The position numbers and the translations under genes were made by a program. From the IMG/VR virus record IMGVR_UViG_3300037427_004270: a stretch of 64,000 nt of DNA. The stretch is one strand, 5' to 3'. The number at the start of each line of letters is the position of its first letter. Position 1 is the stretch's first letter. Origin of the DNA: a virus. Of this stretch, positions 54,256-62,720 are shown one piece after another. The notes under the pieces were generated by a model, which was given only the letters and a program-made list of their open reading frames with translations, made no database searches and was not told the DNA's origin.

Positions 54256-57200
54256 CTATCCCAAATTTATAAAGTTTACATTGGCAGGCACAGATTCCGC
54301 TTTAATCATGAGGGGCGCATATCCGGCTCCTGCCTTTACTTGTACATTTTCGTTCGTGCTATCAACTTTCATTTGGAAATACATTGTTTTAGATTCCCCA
54401 GCAGCCCAGTTGTGGGTTCCGTCTGTCCCATCAAAATACCACTGAAGAACATATATGCCGAACTTCTCTTCTGTGTGTCCGTTTATTTGTTCATCATTCC
54501 AATCAGAGCCCCAGCTTCCCTCAGTGGATTCAGAGTCGCTATCGGTTATTCTACATCTCCAAAGATTCTCTGAAGAATCAAAATCTCTAATAGACATCTT
54601 GAGAGTCACCAGCACCTTGCGGCTCGCTGGGACAGTGAAAGTGATAGAGGGCTTAATGTTGGCATCACTATCACTATTAATTTGTTTATAGGTCGTTGTG
54701 AAACTGCCGCAGGAAAATGTAGTAGTTGCACCGTCCATAATTGTTTGTGACAAGAGAGTTGAACCGCTGACGATATCGAGAGGAACTTTCGGGTTATTCG
54801 TTCCAATACCTACATTTCCGGAGCCACTAATGAACAAAGAGTTTGCAGTTGCTTTTCTACTTATCGACAACACATTGGTATCTGATGTGGAGTTATCTCT
54901 GACTCCCAAATGAAGCATTCCATTGTGAGGAGAAGCGGCATCACCGTCATAATCTAGAAATGCGCCATAGGTCATAACTTGACTTCCGTTAGTATCCTCT
55001 GCCATCTCTAGCCGACCAGAAAAGTTTGATGCTGAACTGTTGTCTCCACCGAGGCGTATTGAAACTACTCCGCCATCTGCATCGCCCTCAATTGATAAGT
55101 TAGCATAAGGGCTGGTCGTACCAATTCCTACCTTGTTGCCGCTACTATCAACATATAGAGTGTCTGTATCAAACGTCGCATTACCGGTGAAAGTCGGACT
55201 TGCAGTAGGCGCTTTCGCATCAAGCTGAGTTTGAATAGCACTGGTCACACCGTCAACATAATTTAGTTCTGTTGCTGTAGCTGTGACTAAAGTACCGCCC
55301 AGGGATAAGCCTGCCGAAGAGCCGTTATGTGATGATATATCAGCGTCGCCAGTTACAGTGAGATCATCATTTACAAACATATCATCAGTGCATCTTATAT
55401 CTCCGTTCACGTCCAAGGTATAACTTGGGGTACTATCAAGGATGCCAACAAAACCGTTTGTTCCTTTGATGCTTATTGCTGTGTTTGTCGTGCTGTCTCT
55501 TTGTCCAAATATTAAATTACCACTAGAATTATAATAAATAGGAAACCAATTATCTGCATCTGATTTTTCAAGCCTGATGCCGCCTGTGCTATCTTGGGCC
55601 GACTGTTTAATATGAAATTTAGAGTCCGGGTCGTTGGTACCAACACCAACATCACCATCATTCTGGATTCTCATTCTTTCAGTATCGTTTGTGCCGAAAT
55701 AGAGGTCGTAGTTTGTTGATACATTCAGGTAAGTGTTACCGTCGGTATTTATAGAATTGCCGTCAATATACATGTTGGTACTGCTGTCTGTTATTTTTAC
55801 AGTAGCGTTACCTAATGTAAGCCCACCTATATCTCCAACTGTAGCATTTCTGTCAACGTGCAATGCTGCAGCCGGAGAAGTTTCATTGATGCCAACTCTG
55901 TTCAAACTTGGGTTGTAAGAAATACCAGCGTCGGTTTTTAATTGTTGTGTTGCAGCAGTGCTATCAACAAAGGTTAGGTAATGAGATGCGTTGCCGCTAT
56001 CCGTTGCGGTAGTGACGTTAGTAGCGTTAGTAGCGTTGGTAGCAGTTGCGGCATTGCCACCGGTTGCTAATTTTCCGTCTAATTGAGTTTGGATGGCGGA
56101 GGTTACACCGTCAACGTAATTTAGTTCTGTTGCAGTTGCAGTGACTAATGTGCCACCAAGTTTAAATCCATTGGCAGAACCGTCGTGAGTGCTGATATTA
56201 ACATCTGCTCCGAAGGTAGCATCACCATCTTGGTCAACCAACAATGCGTTTACATCTGTGCCACTCTGATTATCCATAATAAGAGCAAACTGGTTTGCAT
56301 CACCGTCATTGTCTCCAAGATACCTAATTGCCCACCCATGCGTTTGGACGCCGCTTTGTAATACCCTAATTACGTCTGCATCCGTATCGTTGCCTCCATT
56401 CATAATTATCGCGGGAGTTGTTTCTGTGAGTTTGGTGATGGTGAGCGAAGCACCATCCCATGTAAGATCACTGTTTCCTTTAAAGGAGCCTGTGCCAGTT
56501 GCTGTAAGGACTCTGTTGTTTGCTCCGCTCGACATAAAGTCAGTAACGTCTACGGATAGATGATCTCCAGTTAAGTCAAGCCCGTTACCTACTGCTAAGT
56601 TTGTATTATCACTTATATCAATTGAGCTGAGTGTTGCCAACGATCCTAAGCCTAGTGTAGCTCTGGCTGTCGAAGCATTTGCGTCGTCGATAAGAGTTTT
56701 ACCGAATGCAGATACGGTCGTTGTGCCAATAGTCAAGTCGCCATCTATCTGCAAGTTTCCGGACTCATCAAGATTTAAAATTTCCGTATTATAAGCATTG
56801 ACAGTAAACTCATTAGATGAATTATTATTTGAGTCTATAACAAGATTTATATCGCCATAAGATCTAATATTGAGATCACTGGTGGTGCCATTTATATCTC
56901 CGCCCTCGACCACGATATCCTTGTGAGCAGTTAAATCTCCTTCAACTCTTAATGTGTCTCCAAGAGTTGCCGCTCCGGAGCCAGAGATGGTCCCTTCGAC
57001 AGACAAGTTATTGCCTAAGCTTGTTGCGCCTGCAACTTGCAAAGTACTAGAGCCGGAAATAGCAGCAGCAGCCAAGTTTCCTGTGAAAGTTGGGCTCGCT
57101 GCAGGCGCTTTCGCATTCAACTGAGTTTGAATAGCACTGGTAACACCGTCAACATAATTTAGTTCTGCTGCAGTTGCAGTAACTAATGTGCCGCCGAGCT

Positions 57201-58311
57201 TGAAGCCATTGGCAGATCCGTCGTGAGTGCTGACATTGACATCTGCGCCGAAAGTGATGTCACCGTCTTGGTCTGCAAGAATTGCATTAACTGGCGTTCC
57301 GTCTTGATTATCCATTTTAAGGGCAAAACGGTTGGCATCACCGGTTCCAGTTCCCATGTACTTAATCTGCCATCCGTGGGTATCTGTCTGGCCCTCTCTT
57401 GCTCTAAGGATGGTGACATCATTATTATCACACTCCGCAACGAAGGCAGGATTATTATCACTCTCTTTGTTTATGGTAAGGGTATTGCTAGAATTAAAAG
57501 TTAAGTTCGCTTCGCCGCTTATTGCAGAAGCCCCCGTTGCGGTTACTACTCTATCGTCTAAACCGTTTGATAGTGTGGCACCACCACCAGCCGAAGGGAG
57601 ATTAGAAATTAAAACTTTCTTAGTAGAGTTGTCAGTTACATCTTGTAAGACAACATAGTCCGAGGTTGCCGCCGTTGTGCCCAAGGCAGATAGTTCATTT
57701 ACATCCAGCGACAATACCCCGCTTGATGCTGCGAGGCCATTGCCAGCCATAAACGTAGCGACATCATCAATACTCTCTAACTGTTCGGTAGAACCGTCGG
57801 AGTCTAAAACTAAAAACTTATCACCAGAGGCTATTTGTACATCTGAAAACTCGCTTATGTCTACATTTAAAGTTGCAGCTCCAGAGTTCGCTCCACCAGA
57901 TAAGCCAGTACCCGCAATAACAGAAGTTATGTCAGCGTCGATGGTGCTTGTAAGGTTTGAAACGGTTACTTTTTTTGTAGAGTTGTCGGTGATGTCCTGC
58001 ACCACGATGAAGTCACCGCTAGCAGGCGCTGTGCCCAACGCTGTTAGCTCGCTAGCATCGAGGGCTAGCGATACCTCACCCGCAGTCCCACCCCCGGAGA
58101 GGCCGACTCCGGCGCTCACAGAGGTAATGTCACCATCACCTCCACCGGTATGAAAGTCAAATATCTCTGTCTCGACACCTTTGATGACTTGAAAAACTTT
58201 AAGATTGTCATCGTCGCCCACACGAATATCGAAATATGTTCCCTTGCTTCGGGCTTTATTCAATATTTTGAGGGTTTCGGACCAAAGGTTGCTTAGTTTG
58301 TTTGAAGGCAT
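54256..58311 (-). CDS. Tail fibre / virion fibre protein with internal repeats (1351 aa)
   Basis: Gly/Ser/Thr/Asp-rich; repeated GNVGIGT motifs; repeated ELNYVDGVTSAIQTQL. Start at the ATG 58311 behind a CTATTTA motif. Confidence 0.8.
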   Translation of the reverse strand: MPSNKLSNLWSETLKILNKARSKGTYFDIRVGDDDNLKVFQVIKGVETEIFDFHTGGGDGDITSVSAGVGLSGGGTAGEVSLALDASELTALGTAPASGDFIVVQDITDNSTKKVTVSNLTSTIDADITSVIAGTGLSGGANSGAATLNVDISEFSDVQIASGDKFLVLDSDGSTEQLESIDDVATFMAGNGLAASSGVLSLDVNELSALGTTAATSDYVVLQDVTDNSTKKVLISNLPSAGGGATLSNGLDDRVVTATGASAISGEANLTFNSSNTLTINKESDNNPAFVAECDNNDVTILRAREGQTDTHGWQIKYMGTGTGDANRFALKMDNQDGTPVNAILADQDGDITFGADVNVSTHDGSANGFKLGGTLVTATAAELNYVDGVTSAIQTQLNAKAPAASPTFTGNLAAAAISGSSTLQVAGATSLGNNLSVEGTISGSGAATLGDTLRVEGDLTAHKDIVVEGGDINGTTSDLNIRSYGDINLVIDSNNNSSNEFTVNAYNTEILNLDESGNLQIDGDLTIGTTTVSAFGKTLIDDANASTARATLGLGSLATLSSIDISDNTNLAVGNGLDLTGDHLSVDVTDFMSSGANNRVLTATGTGSFKGNSDLTWDGASLTITKLTETTPAIIMNGGNDTDADVIRVLQSGVQTHGWAIRYLGDNDGDANQFALIMDNQSGTDVNALLVDQDGDATFGADVNISTHDGSANGFKLGGTLVTATATELNYVDGVTSAIQTQLDGKLATGGNAATATNATNATNVTTATDSGNASHYLTFVDSTAATQQLKTDAGISYNPSLNRVGINETSPAAALHVDRNATVGDIGGLTLGNATVKITDSSTNMYIDGNSINTDGNTYLNVSTNYDLYFGTNDTERMRIQNDGDVGVGTNDPDSKFHIKQSAQDSTGGIRLEKSDADNWFPIYYNSSGNLIFGQRDSTTNTAISIKGTNGFVGILDSTPSYTLDVNGDIRCTDDMFVNDDLTVTGDADISSHNGSSAGLSLGGTLVTATATELNYVDGVTSAIQTQLDAKAPTASPTFTGNATFDTDTLYVDSSGNKVGIGTTSPYANLSIEGDADGGVVSIRLGGDNSSASNFSGRLEMAEDTNGSQVMTYGAFLDYDGDAASPHNGMLHLGVRDNSTSDTNVLSISRKATANSLFISGSGNVGIGTNNPKVPLDIVSGSTLLSQTIMDGATTTFSCGSFTTTYKQINSDSDANIKPSITFTVPASRKVLVTLKMSIRDFDSSENLWRCRITDSDSESTEGSWGSDWNDEQINGHTEEKFGIYVLQWYFDGTDGTHNWAAGESKTMYFQMKVDSTNENVQVKAGAGYAPLMIKAESVPANVNFINLG
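55183..55350 (-). repeat. Fibre repeat module, copy C (short)
   Basis: HNGSSAGLSLGGTLVTATATELNYVDGVTSAIQTQLDAKAPTASPTFTG; boundaries approximate. Confidence 0.75.
56070..56450 (-). repeat. Fibre repeat module, copy B
   Basis: THGWAIRY..DANQFALIMDNQ..HDGSANGFKLGGTLVTATATELNYVDGVTSAIQTQL; boundaries approximate. Confidence 0.75.
57082..57490 (-). repeat. Fibre repeat module, copy A
   Basis: THGWQIKY..DANRFALKMDNQ..HDGSANGFKLGGTLVTATAAELNYVDGVTSAIQTQLNAKAP; boundaries approximate. Confidence 0.75.
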
Positions 58312-58328
58312 AAAAAACTCCGTCCCAA

Positions 58329-58335
58329 TAAATAG
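58329..58335 (-). promoter_or_regulatory. CTATTTA candidate late-promoter motif upstream of the fibre gene
   Basis: 17 nt before the ATG at 58311. Confidence 0.5.
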
Positions 58336-58411
58336 TGAGGAACGGAGCATTTGTTGCTTATCGGCAGCGAAGCGCCGAATTTTTTGCGATTTTTTTTGCG
58401 CTAAATTTTTT

Positions 58412-58624
58412 CTAGAGGCTTAAATTGTATTTTTTGCTCAAATAAGCCTTAATTTCTTCCGGGCTTGAGGCTGTCATGATAGGTCGCTCCTCATTGTGAA
58501 GCATATAAAGCTCCCTACCGTCCTTTGTTCCCATAGTAACGTGCAAATTTAGGCCATTTCTCTTAATAGAGAACACTTCTCTTACTTCATCCCACATATC
58601 TAACTCCAAAATAAACTTATTCAT
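58412..58624 (-). CDS. Hypothetical protein (70 aa)
   Basis: Tiled ORF. Confidence 0.65.
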   Translation of the reverse strand: MNKFILELDMWDEVREVFSIKRNGLNLHVTMGTKDGRELYMLHNEERPIMTASSPEEIKAYLSKKYNLSL

Positions 58625-58817
58625 CCACTTTTTGTTCCGTTACGTCCAGAGTACCAGCGAAATTCGCCCTTTCAGAGACTTTTGCAGTACCATCCATAAG
58701 ACTTTCGAGGTCATAACCTAAATTTTCGAGCGTATCTCGCATAATTTCTGCTTTTTTCTTAGCTTTGCGTTTAATTCGCTCTTCTCTTTTGGTAAACTTC
58801 TTCATCATTTTGCCCAT
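58617..58817 (-). CDS. Hypothetical basic protein (66 aa)
   Basis: AGGAG ribosome-binding site. Confidence 0.7.
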   Translation of the reverse strand: MGKMMKKFTKREERIKRKAKKKAEIMRDTLENLGYDLESLMDGTAKVSERANFAGTLDVTEQKVDE

Positions 58818-58826
58818 TATTGTCTC

Positions 58827-59138
58827 CTATTGTTGTAAGTATGGGGAAACGAGGTCTATCTCCTCGTCAAAAAACTCTTCTTTGCGTCCATCCGGTAAAA
58901 GTACGAGATATAATGGAACATATTCGAACGGTTCATCAGGACTATTATATATTTCAGGGTGCTCGCGGTACAATTCAATATCATAATATCTCTCACTATA
59001 AAAAGGAGACTCCAGCTCGTGACATACATTCAAGACAATGCCAACGTGATGGTACATATCCTTATTAACGAAAGCAGGCTCCCTTATCTTAACTAAGTCT
59101 CCCTTCATGTACTTCGGTTCCTTCTTCTTGACACCCAT
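58827..59138 (-). CDS. SH3/KOW-like hypothetical protein (103 aa)
   Basis: YMKGDLVKI..VGIVL..YLVLL..EEFFDEEI; sigma70 promoter directly upstream. Confidence 0.7.
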   Translation of the reverse strand: MGVKKKEPKYMKGDLVKIREPAFVNKDMYHHVGIVLNVCHELESPFYSERYYDIELYREHPEIYNSPDEPFEYVPLYLVLLPDGRKEEFFDEEIDLVSPYLQQ

Positions 59139-59146
59139 AGCACACT

Positions 59147-59175
59147 ATTGTAGCACAGATACTCACAAAAGTCAA
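59147..59175 (-). promoter_or_regulatory. Sigma70 promoter TTGACT-17-(TGn)TACAAT, probably giving a near-leaderless mRNA
   Basis: The -10 element ends 8 nt before the ATG at 59138. Confidence 0.8.
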
Positions 59176-59178
59176 ATA

Positions 59179-59358
59179 TTATTTAATAAGAGATACTTTA
59201 TCTTCCACATACCATGAGTTACCACCCGCCATCTTGATGAAACCAATAGTAGGCTCAACGTAGTACCATATATCCTCATGGGCTGAGACTCCCCTTACTT
59301 CTCCCTCGAAAAGCAACTCACCATCTTTTACAAGTACCTTGTCTCCAATACTAAGCAT
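59179..59358 (-). CDS. Small SH3-like protein (59 aa)
   Basis: MLSIGDKVLVK..GEVRGV..YYVE; AGGAGG ribosome-binding site supports the ATG at 59358. Confidence 0.65.
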   Translation of the reverse strand: MLSIGDKVLVKDGELLFEGEVRGVSAHEDIWYYVEPTIGFIKMAGGNSWYVEDKVSLIK

Positions 59359-59483
59359 GTACCTAACCCTCCTATGAAACTCTCTTAGAGAAGCTTCTGT
59401 TAGCTTACACAAATATGCTAAGCATTAGTACATAGTATTAGATATATGCTATTGAAAAAACTCAAAAAATAACAAGCAGAATT

Positions 59484-59870
59484 TTAGCAGCCTTCCCATG
59501 ACTCCAAATCATCGTCGTTGTAGGCCATCTCATAAGTATCTGTCTCTTCATTGTACCTAAGAGGCGATAGGTTGTTGTGTCCCATCCACATAGAGCGACA
59601 ACTAAGCTGCTTTACCGCACTTAACATGTCGTCTTTCTCTATCTGTTCTGCTATATCGTGTATTAGGCCCTCGTCTATCCAAGGTTTTATCTTATAATAC
59701 ACCTGATCTAAGTTTACACTGGTCCATGACAATGAAGGATCTTCTTTTATCTCTAGTATTTCCGCTGCATAGCAATAGTCTTTAACAATCTGGCTAGTCG
59801 GCCAACGGTTGACCAACACAATATCACCTATCCTATACATTCCCTTCATCCTTCTCATTAGGTTCCCCAT
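59484..59870 (-). CDS. SH3-like hypothetical protein; true start probably MYRIGD
   Basis: YRIGDIVLV..AEILEI..YYKIK. Confidence 0.65.
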   Translation of the reverse strand: MGNLMRRMKGMYRIGDIVLVNRWPTSQIVKDYCYAAEILEIKEDPSLSWTSVNLDQVYYKIKPWIDEGLIHDIAEQIEKDDMLSAVKQLSCRSMWMGHNNLSPLRYNEETDTYEMAYNDDDLESWEGC

Positions 59871-60078
59871 CCCAATTTTCCATGTATTGGTAAATAGGTG
59901 CCAACTTGACTAACCTCTGAGGATGCCAATCAACTTTTCCTGATGCGTTGTTTGGAATGACCTTGTAGAACACCTCTTTGTCGTGTGCCCTCTCTGCGAC
60001 ATCTGCGACAATGCCCTTAAAACCCATTGATGGTGCGCGTTGCATTACTACAACCTCTGTACCGATGCCTATTATCAT
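59833..60078 (-). CDS. Small SH3-like protein (81 aa)
   Basis: IGIGTEVVV..KGIVADV..FYKVI..WHPQRLV; ATG 1 nt after the upstream stop. Confidence 0.65.
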   Translation of the reverse strand: MIIGIGTEVVVMQRAPSMGFKGIVADVAERAHDKEVFYKVIPNNASGKVDWHPQRLVKLAPIYQYMENWDGEPNEKDEGNV

Positions 60079-60079
60079 G

Positions 60080-60229
60080 CTATTTGTCATACTGGCTCCA
60101 CTCTTCGTTGAATACCCATCGTCTTACGCCCGTCTTGTTGCTCATCATAAGTGCATGGTCAAAGTACAAGTCCAATACGAGCCACGATGTCTCATCCATT
60201 CTTCTTATTAGTAAGTCACCTATTTTCAT
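60080..60229 (-). CDS. Small SH3-like protein (49 aa), absent from the ORF track
   Basis: MKIGDLLIRRMDETSWLVLDLYFDHALMMSNKTGVRRWVFNEEWSQYDK; AAGGAG ribosome-binding site. Confidence 0.75.
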   Translation of the reverse strand: MKIGDLLIRRMDETSWLVLDLYFDHALMMSNKTGVRRWVFNEEWSQYDK

Positions 60230-60290
60230 GCTGTCTCCTTAATTCTCAAAAATTGGGCCGTGTGTTACGAACGCCCTTAGCTTGCTTTAT

Positions 60291-60358
60291 ACCCCCCTAG
60301 TAGGTAGTAGTACCCACTCTCCGGGTACCCCCCCGGTGGGGGGTAGGGGTAGGGGGGT
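60291..60358. other. Nested poly-C/poly-G inverted repeats
   Basis: ACCCCCCTA (60291-60299) / TAGGGGGGT (60350-60358) enclose TACCCCCC-cggt-GGGGGGTA (60326-60345). Confidence 0.8.
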
Positions 60359-60368
60359 GTGCCCTTGC

Positions 60369-60647
60369 TTAGAACACCTCGTCACGCTTGCCCATTTGAT
60401 ATGTCAATGGCCTAAACCAATGGCGACCCTTGCATAGGTTAGGGTGCTGCCTCCTGCATGCATCAAGTGGCTTCTCCTTGGTATCTTCTAAGTGTACCTT
60501 AACATGCACCGCTTGTGTCATGTCAGGATACACGCTGCCATACTTAGTGTTATACTTATACGGCGCAAGGATAGCAGTGAACTCACACAGCATTGCCTTG
60601 ATCGCACCGCGCTTTAACTTCTTACTCTTTGTACTTTTTCTAGCCAT
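60369..60647 (-). CDS. Hypothetical basic protein (92 aa)
   Basis: AGGAG ribosome-binding site and its own sigma70 promoter. Confidence 0.75.
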   Translation of the reverse strand: MARKSTKSKKLKRGAIKAMLCEFTAILAPYKYNTKYGSVYPDMTQAVHVKVHLEDTKEKPLDACRRQHPNLCKGRHWFRPLTYQMGKRDEVF

Positions 60648-60677
60648 GTGATCTCCTAAATGAAATACTTACCTACT

Positions 60678-60706
60678 ATTATACCAAGAATGAACCAGCA
60701 TGTCAA
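60678..60706 (-). promoter_or_regulatory. Sigma70 promoter TTGACA-17-(TGn)TATAAT
   Basis: Exact consensus with extended -10. Confidence 0.9.
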
Positions 60707-60783
60707 GTCTGCTAGGTGTGCTACTAATAGTTTTCTGTTATGTCTCTCGCATACTTTGAGCCACTGATATGTATGATCGTTCA

Positions 60784-61212
60784 TTATGCTTGCTCCCTTA
60801 CATATGTCATCACCCATCGTGATGCATAGTTGTTATATTCTTCTTTGTTTATGTTTATTTTTAATCTACCCGCCAACTTTAGTCCACGCTTCCATGCGTC
60901 TAGCTCCTCCGCGATAACTTCACATCGGTATGCATTGCGGCGCTTGTTGACCTTGCTATCCTTGAAGCGATAGGCAGCGAGGGTAGGGAAACTTTCCTTG
61001 TAACCTTTGCTGTTGTACGCAATCGCATGACCACATTCGTGAAGCAGGGAATAGACTTGGTTCTTCTTGCTCTTGATCTTAGAGTTATAGACAATATGTT
61101 TCTCCTCATGTAGATAGGCATCAATGCCATAGCTCTTGTATACCTCGAAGCCACGTCTATGTGCCCATGCTTCCAGTTTAGCTAATGCTGTAGTATATTC
61201 TTTCTTGTTCAT
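60784..61212 (-). CDS. ImmA/IrrE-like zincin metallopeptidase
   Basis: VYSLLHECGHAI (HExxH), downstream AEELDAWKRG. Confidence 0.75.
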   Translation of the reverse strand: MNKKEYTTALAKLEAWAHRRGFEVYKSYGIDAYLHEEKHIVYNSKIKSKKNQVYSLLHECGHAIAYNSKGYKESFPTLAAYRFKDSKVNKRRNAYRCEVIAEELDAWKRGLKLAGRLKININKEEYNNYASRWVMTYVREQA

Positions 61213-61245
61213 ACTTAACAAATACCTTCTTTTATGTTATAATTA

Positions 61246-61467
61246 TTATAGTTTTGTTCCCGGCAAAACAGGTTGCTCAGTCTCAGCATCGTATATGATC
61301 ACGGGGAGGTCTTGTGATCGAAGCTTGAGCTGAAGTGCTTGCCTAGCATCTTCCAATTCACTGAAGATGGCTACTGTAGTGTGCCCAAAGTGTGGGCTGA
61401 TGGTCCTTAACTCATAGCGAGAGAAGGTTACGTTAGGATGTTTTTGTGAATATAGTTTGTTAGTCAT
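61246..61467 (-). CDS. Hypothetical protein (73 aa)
   Basis: Tiled early-region ORF. Confidence 0.65.
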   Translation of the reverse strand: MTNKLYSQKHPNVTFSRYELRTISPHFGHTTVAIFSELEDARQALQLKLRSQDLPVIIYDAETEQPVLPGTKL

Positions 61468-61468
61468 G

Positions 61469-61792
61469 TTATCGTTCTCCCGCCACAGTATTCATGCGGC
61501 TTTCAGGTGCTAAAAAGGTTTGCCATTCACGGCCATGAAGCTCGGACAGGTCCATAGGCGCACCACGATCATCATAGCGGTTACACATACGCTTGAAGGC
61601 GTTGATGTGCTTGCTTGTGGTTGTGGAATATCTTTCTGCGGTTTCGTGTACGGTTGCGTCACGGTAGTTGACAACTAACACAGGCACACCATAGGAGAAA
61701 TAAACATCCTTGTCCCAAGTGAGGTCCAGTTCTTCATCTGGAATTTGCACAATAACGCGAGTTTGGTTCTTACCTAAGTTTTCTAATTTCAT
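61469..61792 (-). CDS. Conserved-type early phage protein (107 aa)
   Basis: YFSYGVPV..RYSTTTSKHINAF motif, familiar from early phage genes; GAGGAG ribosome-binding site. Confidence 0.7.
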   Translation of the reverse strand: MKLENLGKNQTRVIVQIPDEELDLTWDKDVYFSYGVPVLVVNYRDATVHETAERYSTTTSKHINAFKRMCNRYDDRGAPMDLSELHGREWQTFLAPESRMNTVAGER

Positions 61793-61794
61793 AT

Positions 61795-61938
61795 TTACTC
61801 CTCTTCATATCCGTCAAACCAGCCATCGCCGGAGGTTGCAGGGTCTTTACAGTGGGCTTGTGCTTGTTCGAGAGTTAAACCTCGCTTGATAACACGGTTA
61901 TTGCCTTTAAAACGAAACCTAATAATCTTATATGTCAT
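61795..61938 (-). CDS. Small early phage protein (47 aa)
   Basis: MTYKIIRF..GLTLEQAQAHCKDP..WFDGY; GAGGTG ribosome-binding site; ATG 1 nt after the upstream stop. Confidence 0.7.
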   Translation of the reverse strand: MTYKIIRFRFKGNNRVIKRGLTLEQAQAHCKDPATSGDGWFDGYEEE

Positions 61939-61939
61939 A

Positions 61940-62272
61940 TTATCGCACCTCTTCTTTAACTTCAAGTGAATTGTATTCAGGGCTACGTTCGCGAGTAAAG
62001 AAATAATACTCGTTGTCAAAGCTCCCGAAATACAGGGCATGCTCAGGCTGAGGCTCGCGAGCGTCGGGGTAAGCCTGAGTTTCATTTACCATGCTAGCAA
62101 GATCACCAATGGTGTGCTTTGCCTCATGGTGTGTCCACATAAGGCGAGCAATGGCTAGTTCCATGATCTCGCTCTTGGTCAAACACTTGTTGACCATGTA
62201 TTCGGCCACGGCTTGGCTCACCTTGGTTTGATTGACTTTTGTATTGGGGATAGTGAGGTATTTGTTTTCCAT
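61940..62272 (-). CDS. Hypothetical protein (110 aa)
   Basis: AAGGA ribosome-binding site and an upstream promoter. Confidence 0.7.
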   Translation of the reverse strand: MENKYLTIPNTKVNQTKVSQAVAEYMVNKCLTKSEIMELAIARLMWTHHEAKHTIGDLASMVNETQAYPDAREPQPEHALYFGSFDNEYYFFTRERSPEYNSLEVKEEVR

Positions 62273-62311
62273 GCTTATTTCCTTTTCGGTTTCGCTGTTT
62301 AATATGGGTTA

Positions 62312-62339
62312 ATTATACACTTCTGAGCGAGGATTGCAA
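62312..62339 (-). promoter_or_regulatory. Sigma70-like promoter TTGCAA-16-TATAAT
   Basis: Exact -10, near-consensus -35. Confidence 0.65.
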
Positions 62340-62476
62340 GAACTTTCTTTCCTTATATTCCGGGCACTTACGGATAAAGCGACAATTGAGTGTTTTCGGG
62401 GGGTTGCGCGGGAATGCTGGGACTTACGTGGATCTCCATTGAGGGCAGATCTGCATCGCCATGTCGCACTAGCATT

Positions 62477-62604
62477 AAAAAGACACCCACAACTAGAGTA
62501 GGTTTAGTCATGGGTGCCTCAAAGATAAGGGGGTTTGATCCTAGCCCCTATCATATGTTGTTAAGGCTCGCCGAGCGTAGGAGGGGAACAGCGACATGCC
62601 TAAC
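62477..62604 (-). ncRNA. Candidate ~125-nt small RNA
   Basis: Starts behind a sigma70 promoter; 8-bp bulged hairpin (62524-62552), then a 14-bp hairpin (62482-62518) followed by U5; no long ORF. Confidence 0.4.
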
Positions 62605-62610
62605 TTAAAC

Positions 62611-62639
62611 ATTATATCATGACGACGAGGGTATGTTAA
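62611..62639 (-). promoter_or_regulatory. Sigma70 promoter TTAACA-17-(TGn)TATAAT
   Basis: 5/6 match at -35, exact -10. Confidence 0.75.
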
Positions 62640-62720
62640 GTGGTGACGACGTTATTTGTTACTCTTTTTTAACGCAGTGCGTATATACTATGTAACGTGC
62701 GTGTGCTAGATACATGGCAT

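Noticed and set aside
57677-58153. 158-aa plus-strand ORF inside the fibre gene
   Set aside because: Stop-poor antisense frame caused by the Gly/Ser/Thr/Asp codon bias.
58361-58410. Small hairpin CGGC..GCCG with repeated TTTTTGCG tracts
   Set aside because: The stem is short and its T-tract faces the non-transcribed strand; no function can be supported.
58820-59068. 82-aa plus-strand ORF
   Set aside because: Antisense to the promoter-supported 58827-59138 gene.
62390-62608. 72-aa plus-strand ORF in the non-coding region
   Set aside because: Runs opposite to both flanking promoters, starts with GTG and has no ribosome-binding site or recognisable motif.
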